NCBI GenBank assembly: GCA_963719085.1
Contig: CAVRAL010000001.1
Location: forward strand, 480,001-544,000
Direction: 5' to 3'
Origin: a candidate division FCPU426 bacterium
GTDB lineage: Bacteria; Oederibacteriota; Muellerivitia; Muellerivitales; Muellerivitaceae
Length of the DNA stretch: 64,000 bases
This document shows, in pieces, positions 27,627 through 37,988 of this stretch (within the stretch, counting starts at the first letter, position 1; every line of letters begins with the position of its first letter). The translations under genes were made by a program, and so were the position numbers. The notes beneath the pieces are model-generated. The model saw nothing but the letters and a program-made list of their open reading frames with translations, made no database searches and was not told the origin of the DNA.

Positions 27627-29282
27627 TTGAATAATTTTTTCCAACAATTAATTCAACAGCTGCGGGATGTTTGGGGTCGTTTTAACAATACCCAAAGGGC
27701 CCTTTTAATCGCCATTCCCGCCCTGGTTTTGATCCTCTTTTTGTCCCTTATTCTTGTCTCGACCAAGTCGAAATACGAGATCTTATATTCCCATCTTTCC
27801 CAAAAAGACGCGGCGGACGTGACGACGGAGCTGAAGAAAAACAATGTTCCTTACCGGCTGGAGTCCAAGGATGATTCGGTGATTGTCCTGGTTCCGTCCG
27901 AAAAAGTTTATGACTCCCGGTTGGCCTTGGCGGGCGAAGGCTTGCCCAAGGGCAATGGGGTGGGCTACGAGATATTCGATCAGACTAAATGGGGGACCAC
28001 CGATTTTACCCAGAAGGTGAATTATAAGAGGGCGCTCGAAGGGGAATTGCAGCGCACGATCGAAAGCTTGCAAGAAATCGACGCCGCCCGCGTCAATATC
28101 GTGATTCCCGAACCCGAGCTTTTCACCGAACAAGAAAAGCCCACCACGGCTTCGGTGGTGTTGCAACTCAAGCCTGAGGCGGAATTGAAAAAAGAACAGG
28201 TGCGGGGAATCGTTCATTTGGTGGCGGCCAGCGTGGAAGGCTTGAAGCCGGAGAACGTCAATGTGATCGATGGAAATGGCAATATCCTCTCGAACTTCAT
28301 CCAGGAAGAGGCGGAAGACAATAATTCGGATTCGGTGACCGACGGGTCGAACCTCACCCAGCAAGCCAAATTGACTTTGCATCAGATGGAAGTTCAGCAG
28401 AATTTCGAAAAAGACCTGGAACGCAAAATTACCACCATGCTGACCAAGGTTTTGGGCAATGACCGCTTGGCGGTTTCGGTGTCCGCAGAGCTTGATTTTG
28501 ACAAGGCGGAAAACGACTCGGAAATTTATGAGCCTGTGGTGGATGGCCAGGGCATCGCCCGGTCCACCCAAACGAAGAAAGAACAATATGTGGGCGACGG
28601 ATACCCCTCCAATGTGGTGGGCGGGGTTCCGGGCACGGATTCCAATATTCCCGGTTACCAAGCGGTGGTCGGCAACGGCAATAATTCCCAATATTCCCGC
28701 GAGGAGAATACGACCAATTACGAGATCAACCGCACCGTCAAGCATGACGTGGTGGCGCCGGGCTCCCCCAAGCGTATTTCGGTGGGCGTGTTTGTCGATA
28801 ATTTGCAGCCGCAACAAGTGGATGACATTAAGACGGCTGTGGTTGCGGCGGCCGGTTTGGATTTGAATCGGGGAGACCAGGTGGCGGTCGAGAATATGCC
28901 GTTTGATAACTCTCAGGAATTGGCCAGCATGAAGGAGAGCCAGATGGAGACTCAACAAAACTTTTATCTGTCGCTGGGCAAGATCGGATTATTGGTCTTG
29001 ATGGTTTTAGGCATCCTGCTTTTCCTGAGGTCCCTGTTAAAGCCCAAGCGGGAAAAGAAATACGTGGACTCGCCGGATGACCTGGACATGGGCGAGACGA
29101 TGCCCATGCCCCAAGTGGAAGACATTATTACCAATGATATCTCGCCGGAAGAATTGGCCCGAGCGGAAGCCGCCCGGGAAGCCAAAAAGCGCGAGGCGAT
29201 TCGTTTGGAAGTGGCGGATTTGGCGAACAAGCATCCTGAAAATGTGGCTCAAATTATCAAGAAATGGCTCTCTGAGGAGTAG
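27627..29282 (+). CDS. fliF: Flagellar M-ring protein FliF
   Basis: GYEIFD, RALEGELQRTI, PTTASV, NYEI, two TM segments; TTG 27627 after SD GAGGA. Confidence 0.95.
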   Translation: MNNFFQQLIQQLRDVWGRFNNTQRALLIAIPALVLILFLSLILVSTKSKYEILYSHLSQKDAADVTTELKKNNVPYRLESKDDSVIVLVPSEKVYDSRLALAGEGLPKGNGVGYEIFDQTKWGTTDFTQKVNYKRALEGELQRTIESLQEIDAARVNIVIPEPELFTEQEKPTTASVVLQLKPEAELKKEQVRGIVHLVAASVEGLKPENVNVIDGNGNILSNFIQEEAEDNNSDSVTDGSNLTQQAKLTLHQMEVQQNFEKDLERKITTMLTKVLGNDRLAVSVSAELDFDKAENDSEIYEPVVDGQGIARSTQTKKEQYVGDGYPSNVVGGVPGTDSNIPGYQAVVGNGNNSQYSREENTTNYEINRTVKHDVVAPGSPKRISVGVFVDNLQPQQVDDIKTAVVAAAGLDLNRGDQVAVENMPFDNSQELASMKESQMETQQNFYLSLGKIGLLVLMVLGILLFLRSLLKPKREKKYVDSPDDLDMGETMPMPQVEDIITNDISPEELARAEAAREAKKREAIRLEVADLANKHPENVAQIIKKWLSEE

Positions 29283-29287
29283 CTTTC

Positions 29288-30307
29288 ATGGCGAAGTCCG
29301 ATAAAAAAGTCGCGTTAACCGGCGAGCAAAAGGCCGCTGCCCTTTTAATTACACTGGGCCCGGAACTGGCTGCCAAGGTTTATCAGCACTTAAAAGAAGA
29401 GACGGTCGAGCAAGTCACCTTGCAAATCGCCAATCTTCGGCGCATTACGCCCGAGGAAAAAGATTCGGTGATGCAGGAAGTGATGAATATCGCCGCCGCC
29501 CAGGAATATATTTCCCAGGGCGGGGTGGAGTACGCGCATGAGATTCTGGAAAAGGCCTTAGGCGCCAACAAGGCGATGGAAATCATCAACCGTCTGCAGG
29601 GTTCCCTGCAGATGACGCCTTTTGATTACATCAAAAGAACCGATCCCCAACAGCTCCTGAATTTCATCCAGTCCGAGCATCCCCAGACCATCGCCTTGAT
29701 CCTGGCCCATTTAACCCCGGACCATGCCGCGATCATTTTGGGCGCCTTGCCGGCGGAGATTCAAGTGGATGTGGCCACCCGCATCGCGATTCTGGACCGC
29801 GCGGCGCCGGACGTGGTCATGGAAATTGAGCGGGTTCTGGAACGCCGGATTTCGTCCATCTTCACCCAAGAGTTCACCGCCGCTGGCGGCGTGCGGGCCT
29901 TGGCGGAAGTCTTGAACCGGGCCGACCGTTCGACCGAAAAGGCCATTATGGAAAAACTGGAAGAACAGAATCCCGAATTGGCCGAGGAAGTCAAGCGCCT
30001 CATGTTTGTCTTTGACGACTTGATCAATTTGGACAACCGCACCATCCAGCAGGTTCTGCGCGAGGTCGACGCCAAGGACTTGGCTTTGGCCTTGAAGGGC
30101 GCGAAAGAAGAAGTGAAGGACCACCTGCTCAAGAACATGTCCAGCCGCGCGAAGGCCATGATTTTGGAAGACATGGAAGTGATGGGGCCGGTTCGCTTGA
30201 AGCACGCGGAAGAAGCCCAGCAGAAGATCGTGAACGTGGTTCGCCAGCTCGAGGAGATGGGCGAAATTGTCGTCGCCCGCGGCGGCGAAGAAGAAGTGAT
30301 GATTTAA
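29288..30307 (+). CDS. fliG: Flagellar motor switch FliG
   Basis: QKAAALL, GGVEYA, EHPQTIALIL, MFVFDDL, MGPVRL. Confidence 0.97.
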   Translation: MAKSDKKVALTGEQKAAALLITLGPELAAKVYQHLKEETVEQVTLQIANLRRITPEEKDSVMQEVMNIAAAQEYISQGGVEYAHEILEKALGANKAMEIINRLQGSLQMTPFDYIKRTDPQQLLNFIQSEHPQTIALILAHLTPDHAAIILGALPAEIQVDVATRIAILDRAAPDVVMEIERVLERRISSIFTQEFTAAGGVRALAEVLNRADRSTEKAIMEKLEEQNPELAEEVKRLMFVFDDLINLDNRTIQQVLREVDAKDLALALKGAKEEVKDHLLKNMSSRAKAMILEDMEVMGPVRLKHAEEAQQKIVNVVRQLEEMGEIVVARGGEEEVMI

Positions 30308-30341
30308 GTGGCGTTTCCATCGGCAAAGGCGGTTTGAGGTT

Positions 30342-31253
30342 ATGGGCAAAGGTGTTTTATCCGATCGCCAATATCAATATTCGGACCAAGGGTATGTGGT
30401 CGATAACGTTTATTGGCAGGATGAGATCAAGCGCCGTGCCTGGGAAGAGGCGAACCGTCAGCAAGAGGATTTGAAAAGCGCCGGACTGGTGTCGGGCGAT
30501 TTTCAGGCTTTTGTTCCCGAAAGTTTCGAGGGAGCGGTTTCGGCGCCCGTGGCGGCCGAGGAGCCGGCGGTGCCGGTGATCGACGAGGCTGAAGCGACGC
30601 GGCTTCAAGCCGAAGAAACGGCCCGGCAGTTGGAAGCGGCCGCGGCCCTGAAGGCCGCCGAGATTGAGAACGCGGCGAAATTAAACGCCGAAAAAATGAT
30701 TACAGCGGCCACGGAAACGGCCCGGGTTGAGAGTGAGAAAATAAAGGCTGAAGCCGTTGAGGGGGGCCGAAAAGAAGGGCATGAACTGGGCTATCAGGCA
30801 GGCCTTACGGCCGGTCAAGAGGAAGGCAAAAAGACCTATTCCGGCGTGGTCAATGACTTGAACTCGGTTTTTCAAAAGACGGTTGAGGAACGAAAGAAAC
30901 TTTTAGGTGAAATGAAGCCCCTTTTGATTGAGCTCGTGGGCGAGGCTTTGCAAGCCTGTCTTAAAAAAAAGGCGAAGAACGGCGCGATCGTCGTTCACTT
31001 TGTCGAGGAAGCCTTAAAAAAGGCCTTGGGCCGTACCAAATTGATGGTGCATTTAAACCCCGCGGATGTGGAAGCGGTGGAAGCGGAAGTTCAGAATTTG
31101 CAGTTGGCGGTTGGGGCCGGGGAAATCGAGCTGGTGCCGGACGCGCGGATCGAGCAAGGCGGATGCCTGCTGGAAACCGAGGCGGGTTCGGTGGACGCCC
31201 AGATTCCCACGGTGGTTTCGCAGGTGAAGGCCGCTTTAGGCGATGAGGCCTAG
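30342..31253 (+). CDS. fliH: Flagellar assembly protein FliH
   Basis: GxxxG repeats, LNPAD, GGCLLETEAGSVDA; between fliG and fliI. Confidence 0.88.
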   Translation: MGKGVLSDRQYQYSDQGYVVDNVYWQDEIKRRAWEEANRQQEDLKSAGLVSGDFQAFVPESFEGAVSAPVAAEEPAVPVIDEAEATRLQAEETARQLEAAAALKAAEIENAAKLNAEKMITAATETARVESEKIKAEAVEGGRKEGHELGYQAGLTAGQEEGKKTYSGVVNDLNSVFQKTVEERKKLLGEMKPLLIELVGEALQACLKKKAKNGAIVVHFVEEALKKALGRTKLMVHLNPADVEAVEAEVQNLQLAVGAGEIELVPDARIEQGGCLLETEAGSVDAQIPTVVSQVKAALGDEA

Positions 31254-31273
31254 AGCTTGAGGAGGGGGATGGC

Positions 31274-32614
31274 GTGAACTCAGTTTTAAATGATGTCCTT
31301 CCCTCAATGGATGAGTTTAAAGATCGTTTAGGCCGGTTGGAAGTGACCCGGGAAAACGGCCGGGTGGAGCAGATTGTTGGATTGGTCATCGAGTCCGTGG
31401 GGCCGGTGTCCTCCATCGGGGAGGCTTGTTGGATCACGCCGAACGAGGCGGATTGCCCGCCGGTTCTGGCTGAGGTGGTGGGTTTCCGGCAAAACCGGGT
31501 TTTGCTCATGCCGCTGGGTGAGATGCGGGGGCTGGGGCCGGGAAGCCAAGTGGTAAAGACGGGCGCCCCGTTTAAGATCAACGTGGGTTCGGCGCTTTTG
31601 GGAAGGACCTTGGACGCGATGGGGCAGCCCATTGACGGTAAAGGGCCCCTGCCGAAAATGGACGAGCACTACGCGATTCATCGGGAGCCGCCGCCTTCCA
31701 TGGAGCGGCGCCGGATTGAGAAGCCGGTTTCGACGGGAGTGCGGGTTTTGGATGGGTTGGCGACTTTAGGCGAAGGGCAAAGGCTTGGGATTTTCGCCGG
31801 CTCCGGGGTGGGCAAGAGCACGCTTCTGGGAATGGTGGGAAAAAACACCGAAGCGGACATCAATGTGATCGCCTTGATCGGCGAGCGGGGCCGGGAAGTC
31901 CGGGACTTTCTGGAACGGGATTTGGGATCCAAGGGGTTGGAACGAACGGTAGTGGTGGTGGCCACCTCGGACCAATCGTCTCTGCTTCGGATTCAAGCGG
32001 CGCTGGTGGCCACGACGATCGCGGAATATTTCCGGGACCGGGGCAAAAAAGTTTTGCTCATGATGGACTCAATTACCCGTTTCGCGATGGCGCATCGGGA
32101 GGTGGGGTTGGCGATCGGCGAGCCGCCGACCACCAAGGGTTACACACCGTCGGTTTTCGCGGTTTTGCCCAAGCTTTTGGAGCGGGCCGGAAATACCGCC
32201 CACGCGGGCAGTATCACGGGGCTCTACACGGTCTTGGTGGAGGCGGATGATATTAATGAACCGGTGGCGGACGCCTGCCGGGCGATTTTAGACGGACACG
32301 TGGTGTTGTCACGGGAGTTGGCCACGCGCAACCACTATCCCGCGGTGGATGTTTTAAACAGCGTGTCGCGGGTCATGAATGATATTGTGACCCTGGAACA
32401 CCGCCGGGCGGCGGCGAAGGTTCGGACGCTTTTGGCGTCTTTGAAGAATGTCGAGGACTTACTCTCGATTGGGGCTTATGTCCGGGGGACCAACCCCGAA
32501 GTGGATGAGGCGCTCAAACGCAATGATGAGATGAACGGTTTCTTGAGACAGGAACAAAACGAATCCAGTTCGTTTCAAGAAACGACGACGAAATTAAAAG
32601 CTTTTTTGAGCTAA
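31274..32614 (+). CDS. fliI: Flagellar export ATPase FliI
   Basis: GSGVGKS, IGERGREV, DSITRFAMA, GEPP, DGHVVLSR. Confidence 0.97.
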   Translation: MNSVLNDVLPSMDEFKDRLGRLEVTRENGRVEQIVGLVIESVGPVSSIGEACWITPNEADCPPVLAEVVGFRQNRVLLMPLGEMRGLGPGSQVVKTGAPFKINVGSALLGRTLDAMGQPIDGKGPLPKMDEHYAIHREPPPSMERRRIEKPVSTGVRVLDGLATLGEGQRLGIFAGSGVGKSTLLGMVGKNTEADINVIALIGERGREVRDFLERDLGSKGLERTVVVVATSDQSSLLRIQAALVATTIAEYFRDRGKKVLLMMDSITRFAMAHREVGLAIGEPPTTKGYTPSVFAVLPKLLERAGNTAHAGSITGLYTVLVEADDINEPVADACRAILDGHVVLSRELATRNHYPAVDVLNSVSRVMNDIVTLEHRRAAAKVRTLLASLKNVEDLLSIGAYVRGTNPEVDEALKRNDEMNGFLRQEQNESSSFQETTTKLKAFLS

Positions 32615-32621
32615 GGGGACC

Positions 32622-33104
32622 ATGGCGCGCGCTTTTTCGTTTCGTTTAGACCAAGTTTTGGGTTACCGGCGCCAGTTGGAAAATCTTTCGATCCGAAAGA
32701 TGGCCCAGGCGCAGGGCCGCTGGATGAGTGTTCAAACAGCTTTGGAAGAGCGGAAGAATCAAAAGGACGATTTACGCGGTTGGTTTTTGGAAGAAGAGCG
32801 AAAAGGCTCCTTTTTCGTGGAGCAGGCGGCCGGTTACACCGAATATTTAGATTTTCTTTCGGGGCAGGAAAAAAGTTTGCGGACGAAAGAGAAAAAGGCG
32901 AAAGCGGAGATTGAGAAATGCCGTGAAGAGGTGGTGCGGGCCGCGCAAAAGCGCCGCTTGCTGGAGGGCTTGAGGGAAAAGCGCCTGTCGGCCCATCAGG
33001 CGGAAGTGTTGAAGGAAGAACAGGGCTTTTTGGACGAGCTTTCATCGATCGCTTTTATTCGCCGTGATCGGGCATCTCGTGCCCGGCGGGCGTTCGAGGT
33101 TTAA
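32622..33104 (+). CDS. fliJ: Flagellar export protein FliJ
   Basis: FSFRLDQVL..R, coiled coil, EEQ..LDE; follows fliI. Confidence 0.85.
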   Translation: MARAFSFRLDQVLGYRRQLENLSIRKMAQAQGRWMSVQTALEERKNQKDDLRGWFLEEERKGSFFVEQAAGYTEYLDFLSGQEKSLRTKEKKAKAEIEKCREEVVRAAQKRRLLEGLREKRLSAHQAEVLKEEQGFLDELSSIAFIRRDRASRARRAFEV

Positions 33105-33122
33105 TTTCGGGGAGGTGAGATC

Positions 33123-33947
33123 GTGGATTTAGCAACCGTTATCGGACTGGCTTTAGGTTTAATCGGAATTTTGGGCGGCGCCTTTCTGGAAGGCATTCCG
33201 TTTCAGCATCTTTGGGGTTTATCCGCTTTTATGATTGTGACGGTGGGAACCGCCGGCGCCACGATCATGAGCTTCCCGGCTGAGAATATGAAAGAATTTT
33301 TCCCGGTCTTGCGCAAGGCGTTTCAACGCCAAGAGCTGGATCCGGGCGCCATTGTCACCCAATTGGTCGGGTTCGCCACCAAGGCGCGCCGCGAGGGTTT
33401 GCTGGGGCTTGAGGAAGAATCGGAGACGGTCGCCGATCCCTTTTTGAAGAAAGGCCTGCAGTTGGTCGTGGACGGAACCGACATTGAAATGATCCGTAAT
33501 ATCATGGAGACGGACATCGCCTTTTTGGAAGCCCGCCATAAAGTCGGGGAAGCCATGTTCGGGACCTTCGGCGGATTCGCGCCGACCTTAGGGATCATCG
33601 GAACCGTTTTGGGTCTGGTGCACGCCTTAGGCGGTTTGAGCGCCAGCGCCGGGAATAATACGGACGCGATCTTGGAGGTTATCGGCGCTATCGCGACGGC
33701 CTTCATCGCCACTTTTTACGGTATTTCCTTGGCGAACATCTTCTTTTTGCCGATTTCGTTCAAGTTGAAACAAAACAACCAGCAGGAAGTTTTGCTTCGG
33801 GAAGTCATGCTGGAGGGAATTCTCTCGATCTCGGCGGGAGATAATCCCAGGATTGTGGAAGAAAAGCTGAAGGCTTTCTTGCCGCCCAAGCTTAAGATGA
33901 ACATGGAAGCTCAAAAAGACGCGGCCGCTGGGAAGGAACAACAATAA
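33123..33947 (+). CDS. motA: Stator protein MotA
   Basis: ARREGLLGLE, APTLGIIGTVLGL, AFIATFYG, GDNPR. Confidence 0.95.
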   Translation: MDLATVIGLALGLIGILGGAFLEGIPFQHLWGLSAFMIVTVGTAGATIMSFPAENMKEFFPVLRKAFQRQELDPGAIVTQLVGFATKARREGLLGLEEESETVADPFLKKGLQLVVDGTDIEMIRNIMETDIAFLEARHKVGEAMFGTFGGFAPTLGIIGTVLGLVHALGGLSASAGNNTDAILEVIGAIATAFIATFYGISLANIFFLPISFKLKQNNQQEVLLREVMLEGILSISAGDNPRIVEEKLKAFLPPKLKMNMEAQKDAAAGKEQQ

Positions 33948-33983
33948 TGATTTCTCGCGAATCGCGCACACCAGGAGCCCGGC

Positions 33984-34772
33984 ATGCCTAAGCGCCGCAA
34001 AGGAGGGCATGAGGCCGGTTTGGAATTGGAATCCGGCGGTATGATGCGTTGGCTTTTGACTTACGCCGACATGATCACGCTTTTGCTGGCCCTGTTCGTC
34101 GTGCTTTTCGCCTTGTCGACGATCAACAAGGCCACGGTTTTGCGTATTGTGTTTGACCAGTTCCGCGCGGTGTTCGGCCCCATTCAGGGGAACATCACGG
34201 TGCTGCCCGCTCAATCGGCCAATCCGGGCGTTCACTATAAAGTGATTCCGGGGGAGCCGGAAGAAGGCGGCCCGGGCGGACCTAAAAAGCCCAATTCGCC
34301 CCCGACGGGCGATGAGAAGATGAATAAAATAGAAGTTGAGGCGCGTTCCTTGTTACAGCCCCAATTAGGGGCGAAAAAGGTGCTCATTCGCCGGGAAGCC
34401 CGCGGATTAGTGATCAGCTTATTGACGGATAAGGTTTTATTCGATTTAGGGGACTATCATTTAAAGAAAGAGATGCGGGAAGTCCTGAATCAAGTGTCGG
34501 TGGTGTTGAATCATTTCCCTGAAAACCAAATCGCGGTGGAAGGCTATACGGATGATTTGGCGGGGGGATCGGGTGGAATTTCGGATAATTGGCAGCTCTC
34601 GGCTTTGCGGTCGACTTCGGTTGTAGAATATCTAGTGACCGCGCGGGGGATCGATCCGAGCCGGTTATCGGCCGCCGGTTATGGGGAATATAAGCCTTTA
34701 GTCCCTAATATCAGTGAGGCCAATCGAAGGCTGAATCGCCGTGTGGATATTGTCATAATGAAGTTAGACTAA
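33984..34772 (+). CDS. motB: Stator protein MotB
   Basis: WLLTYADMITLLLALFVVL (conserved Asp; Val suggests H+ type); OmpA-like NWQLS..R, NRRVDI. Confidence 0.95.
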   Translation: MPKRRKGGHEAGLELESGGMMRWLLTYADMITLLLALFVVLFALSTINKATVLRIVFDQFRAVFGPIQGNITVLPAQSANPGVHYKVIPGEPEEGGPGGPKKPNSPPTGDEKMNKIEVEARSLLQPQLGAKKVLIRREARGLVISLLTDKVLFDLGDYHLKKEMREVLNQVSVVLNHFPENQIAVEGYTDDLAGGSGGISDNWQLSALRSTSVVEYLVTARGIDPSRLSAAGYGEYKPLVPNISEANRRLNRRVDIVIMKLD

Positions 34773-34803
34773 TTCTTAAATTAATTCACGAGGAGGGATG
34801 AAA

Positions 34804-35277
34804 ATGGCGGATCAAACAGACAAGGGCACCCGGAATTTATTAAACCTGGCGGTGCTTTTAAGCGGCCTCTGCGTACTGGGGATCATCGGGTTGGCGCTCG
34901 GCGAGTACTTTTTATGGGCGGCCAAAGCGAAAAACCAGGAAACCAAGATCATCGAACAAAAACCCGAGCCCGGAAAAATTCTGGATTTGGGAAGCTTCAC
35001 CGTCAACCTGGCGGATGAGGACGCCTCCCGTTATGTGAAGGCGGAAGTTCAGATTGAGTACAGCCCGACGAACTTGGAATTGGATAAAGAGGTCCAATCG
35101 CGTGTTCCCCAGTTTCAGGACATGATCAACAGCCTGTTGGGGGACTATAAGGCCGACGAGTTATCCACCTCGGAAGGCAAAGAAAAATTCCGCCGGGATC
35201 TTCAACTGAAGATCAACGAAACGCTCAAGTTCGGCGCGGTGACCAACATCTTTTTGACTCAGTTCGCGATCCAATAA
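34804..35277 (+). CDS. fliL: Flagellar basal body protein FliL
   Basis: Single TM, FTVNLAD..RYVK, L.T.EGK; SD AGGAGG favours ATG 34804. Confidence 0.9.
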   Translation: MADQTDKGTRNLLNLAVLLSGLCVLGIIGLALGEYFLWAAKAKNQETKIIEQKPEPGKILDLGSFTVNLADEDASRYVKAEVQIEYSPTNLELDKEVQSRVPQFQDMINSLLGDYKADELSTSEGKEKFRRDLQLKINETLKFGAVTNIFLTQFAIQ

Positions 35278-35300
35278 ACTAGTTAGGGAAGAAGGGTGTT

Positions 35301-36326
35301 ATGGATGATCTTTTATCGGACGGCGAAGTAAGCGCGCTGCTTTCTGAATTGGACGCCGGGATGACCGGGTCCGATTCCAGTGAAGCTTCGTCCAGCGGGG
35401 CCCCGGAAGCCGGAGTGACGTTGGATGAGCGCGGCCGCAAGATCAAAACCTATGATTTCAACCGGCCCAACCGGTTTTCCAAAGACCACATGCGCACGCT
35501 GGAAATGCTGCATGAGATCTTTTCCCGCGGGTTCACCGCGGCGGTGGCGGCTTATTTGCGCACGGTGGCCGAAATTAAAGTGGTGTCGGTGACCCAATTG
35601 CCGTTCCGGGAATACACCATGTCGCTTCCCCGGCCCGATTGTATTTTCGTTTTAAAGATGGAGCCTTTGGAAGGCTCCTTCCTCATGGAAATTAATCCGG
35701 AGCTGGTTTTGACTTTGATCGACCGCATCTTGGGCGGTCCGGGAAAAGCCCCAAACGCGGCCCGGGAATTGACCTTGATCGAGCAATCGGTCATTGAGAA
35801 AATCGTCAATCGGGGCATGGAAAACCTTCAGGAGGCTTGGCTCAAGGTCGGGCATTTTCAGCCCAAGCTCACCGGTTATGAAACCACGGCTCAATTCGTC
35901 CAGATCGTGGCGCCCAATGAGATCGCGGCGGTCATTGAATTTGAGGTGAAGATCAACGAAATCACCGGGAAAATGTCGATGTGCATTCCTTACGTGGTTT
36001 TGGAGCCCGTGATCGGGGATCTCTCCGCTCAAAAGTGGTTTACGGTCGGCAAGAAAGAATCCACCACCGAGACGGTCGAGAATTTGACCAAAGTCATGAA
36101 GGGAACGACGATCCCGATCGTGGCCCAAGTGGGCAAGACCCAGATTAATATCCGGGAATTGTTGAACTTGAAAGCCGGGGACGTGATCCGGCTGAACACC
36201 AGCCCGCACGCTGAAATTGAGATATTGATCGAAGGGTTGGTGAAGCTGAGCGGGCGCCCCGGCGTTTCCTCAAAAAAGAAGGCGATTCAAATTACCCGGG
36301 TTCATTCCCGGGAAAATATTTCCTAA
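35301..36326 (+). CDS. fliM: Flagellar motor switch FliM
   Basis: LSDGEVSALL (CheY-binding peptide), YDFNRPNRFSK, DRILGGPG, SpoA C-terminus. Confidence 0.95.
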   Translation: MDDLLSDGEVSALLSELDAGMTGSDSSEASSSGAPEAGVTLDERGRKIKTYDFNRPNRFSKDHMRTLEMLHEIFSRGFTAAVAAYLRTVAEIKVVSVTQLPFREYTMSLPRPDCIFVLKMEPLEGSFLMEINPELVLTLIDRILGGPGKAPNAARELTLIEQSVIEKIVNRGMENLQEAWLKVGHFQPKLTGYETTAQFVQIVAPNEIAAVIEFEVKINEITGKMSMCIPYVVLEPVIGDLSAQKWFTVGKKESTTETVENLTKVMKGTTIPIVAQVGKTQINIRELLNLKAGDVIRLNTSPHAEIEILIEGLVKLSGRPGVSSKKKAIQITRVHSRENIS

Positions 36327-36338
36327 GACAGGAAGACC

Positions 36339-37289
36339 ATGTCGGATGTCCAGAAGCTGCAAGCCGTAGGCGCCTTGGCGGCCCAGGGAATGGGGGAAAC
36401 CCTTAATTCCTTGTTGGGGCGCGAGGTTCAGGTGCATTTTTCCAACGTGGAAGATATGCCGCCGGGGAACATCGCCGCGACTTTGGCGGGTTCTTATTTT
36501 ATGTCCAATTTTTCCGTGACGGGTTTTATCAACGGCTCCGCCGCCTTGATGGTCAAAGAAAAGGACGCCTCGATTATCGCGGACCTTTTGATCGGGCAGG
36601 ATGGAACCAACGCGCCTGAAAAAATGACCGAGCTTCATTTGTCGGCCTTCGGCGAGGTCGTGCATCAATTGGGGGAAGCGTTCGCCCAGGCCGTTCAAAA
36701 ATCCGGCGGGACGAAGATCGCTTTTCAGCCGAACCAAATGTCGTCCCAGGAACCCTCCGGTGTTGAGGCGTGGTTGAATCAGCTGGGCCCCAACGTGACT
36801 GTTTTTTCTTTTGGTCTTTCTTCGCAGGATTTGTTGTCGGGGGATATCTATTTTTATCTCCCTGAATCGACGGCTAGTCGGCTGGGCGATGGAGCAGGGA
36901 AATCGGCGGGTCCAAAACCGGCCGGTTCATTTCAACAAGGTGCGCCTCCGCAGGCCACCCCAACTCGGTCTGGAGGTGTTGTGATGCAACAATTAGAAAA
37001 TGAGTTTTCAGGTTCCGCCAAGGTCGGCGGGAATATCGCTTTGCTCATGGATGTGCCCTTGAAGTTGACGGTGGAATTGGGCCGCACGACCAAGTTGGTG
37101 AAGGAAATCCTGGCTTTGGCGCCGGGCTCGGTGGTGGAACTGGATAAATTGGCGGGGGAAGCCGTTGATATTTTGGTCAACGAGAAATTGATCGCCAAAG
37201 GGGAAGTGGTCGTGATCGACGAGAACTTCGGCGTTCGCATCACTGAAATTATTAATCCAGAGGAACGGTTAAACGCCGTTCAGTCCTGA
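36339..37289 (+). CDS. fliY: FliY-like switch protein (CheC-like domain + FliN/SpoA domain)
   Basis: IADLLIGQDG..MTELHLSA; C-terminal LMDVPLKLTVELG..GEVVVIDENFGVRI. Confidence 0.82.
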   Translation: MSDVQKLQAVGALAAQGMGETLNSLLGREVQVHFSNVEDMPPGNIAATLAGSYFMSNFSVTGFINGSAALMVKEKDASIIADLLIGQDGTNAPEKMTELHLSAFGEVVHQLGEAFAQAVQKSGGTKIAFQPNQMSSQEPSGVEAWLNQLGPNVTVFSFGLSSQDLLSGDIYFYLPESTASRLGDGAGKSAGPKPAGSFQQGAPPQATPTRSGGVVMQQLENEFSGSAKVGGNIALLMDVPLKLTVELGRTTKLVKEILALAPGSVVELDKLAGEAVDILVNEKLIAKGEVVVIDENFGVRITEIINPEERLNAVQS

Positions 37290-37316
37290 TCCGACTGAAA
37301 CCGGTCCGGCTTTAGG

Positions 37317-37988
37317 ATGTCCACTCCTCAGCGTTTTTTTTTATTTCCCGGGTTGGTTTTATGCCTGCTTTTGGGGGGGCTCCAGCCCCGCGCTTGGGCC
37401 ATTGATTCTAACAGCGCTCTTTTTTCCCAAAACTCACCTCAAACCTCCGCCGTTTCCTCGCCGCAAACTTTGGCTTTGCCCGAAGCCACACCGAATCCCG
37501 CGCCAAGTTTTTTTTCCATTTTCGTGCGGCTCGTCTTAGCGCTGGGCATCACCCTGGGGCTTATTTACGCGACCGTTTGGGGTTTGAAGCTTATTTGGGA
37601 AAAACAGGGCTGGAACGTCAAGATTGACGAGGGCAAACCCATCCGGGTCCTGAACTCAATGCATTTGGGGCCCCGAAAAACCGTTCAAGTGGTGGAGGTG
37701 GGCAAACGCCTTTTGGTTTTGGGCGTGGGTCACGAGGAAGTGAATTGCTTGGCGGTCATCACCGAGCCGGAAGAAATTGACTCCATTAAGCAGGCCAGCC
37801 AAACGGCTTTCCCGCATCTGCTGCAGCGCGTGGTTCGCAAGCAAGAGGGAGTGACCCCGGATTCCGCGCCGGAGAAAGTGTTCGAGGAAAGCCGGCAAGT
37901 GATGGATGGCTACTTGAACAAATTGAAGTCGATTTCCAAAAGAAAAAAAGACAAAGACCAAGACGGCGGTGGCGCGGGTGAAAAGTAA
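37317..37988 (+). CDS. fliO: Flagellar biosynthesis protein FliO
   Basis: TM then IRVL...LGPRKTV.VVEVG...LVLGV; between fliY and fliP. Confidence 0.8.
   Translation: MSTPQRFFLFPGLVLCLLLGGLQPRAWAIDSNSALFSQNSPQTSAVSSPQTLALPEATPNPAPSFFSIFVRLVLALGITLGLIYATVWGLKLIWEKQGWNVKIDEGKPIRVLNSMHLGPRKTVQVVEVGKRLLVLGVGHEEVNCLAVITEPEEIDSIKQASQTAFPHLLQRVVRKQEGVTPDSAPEKVFEESRQVMDGYLNKLKSISKRKKDKDQDGGGAGEK

Noticed and set aside
27783..28958. Long antisense ORFs (391 aa here; also 11190-12026, 20934-21743, 53137-53967, 56404-57276)
   Set aside because: Antisense to conserved genes with no recognisable motifs; expected from codon bias
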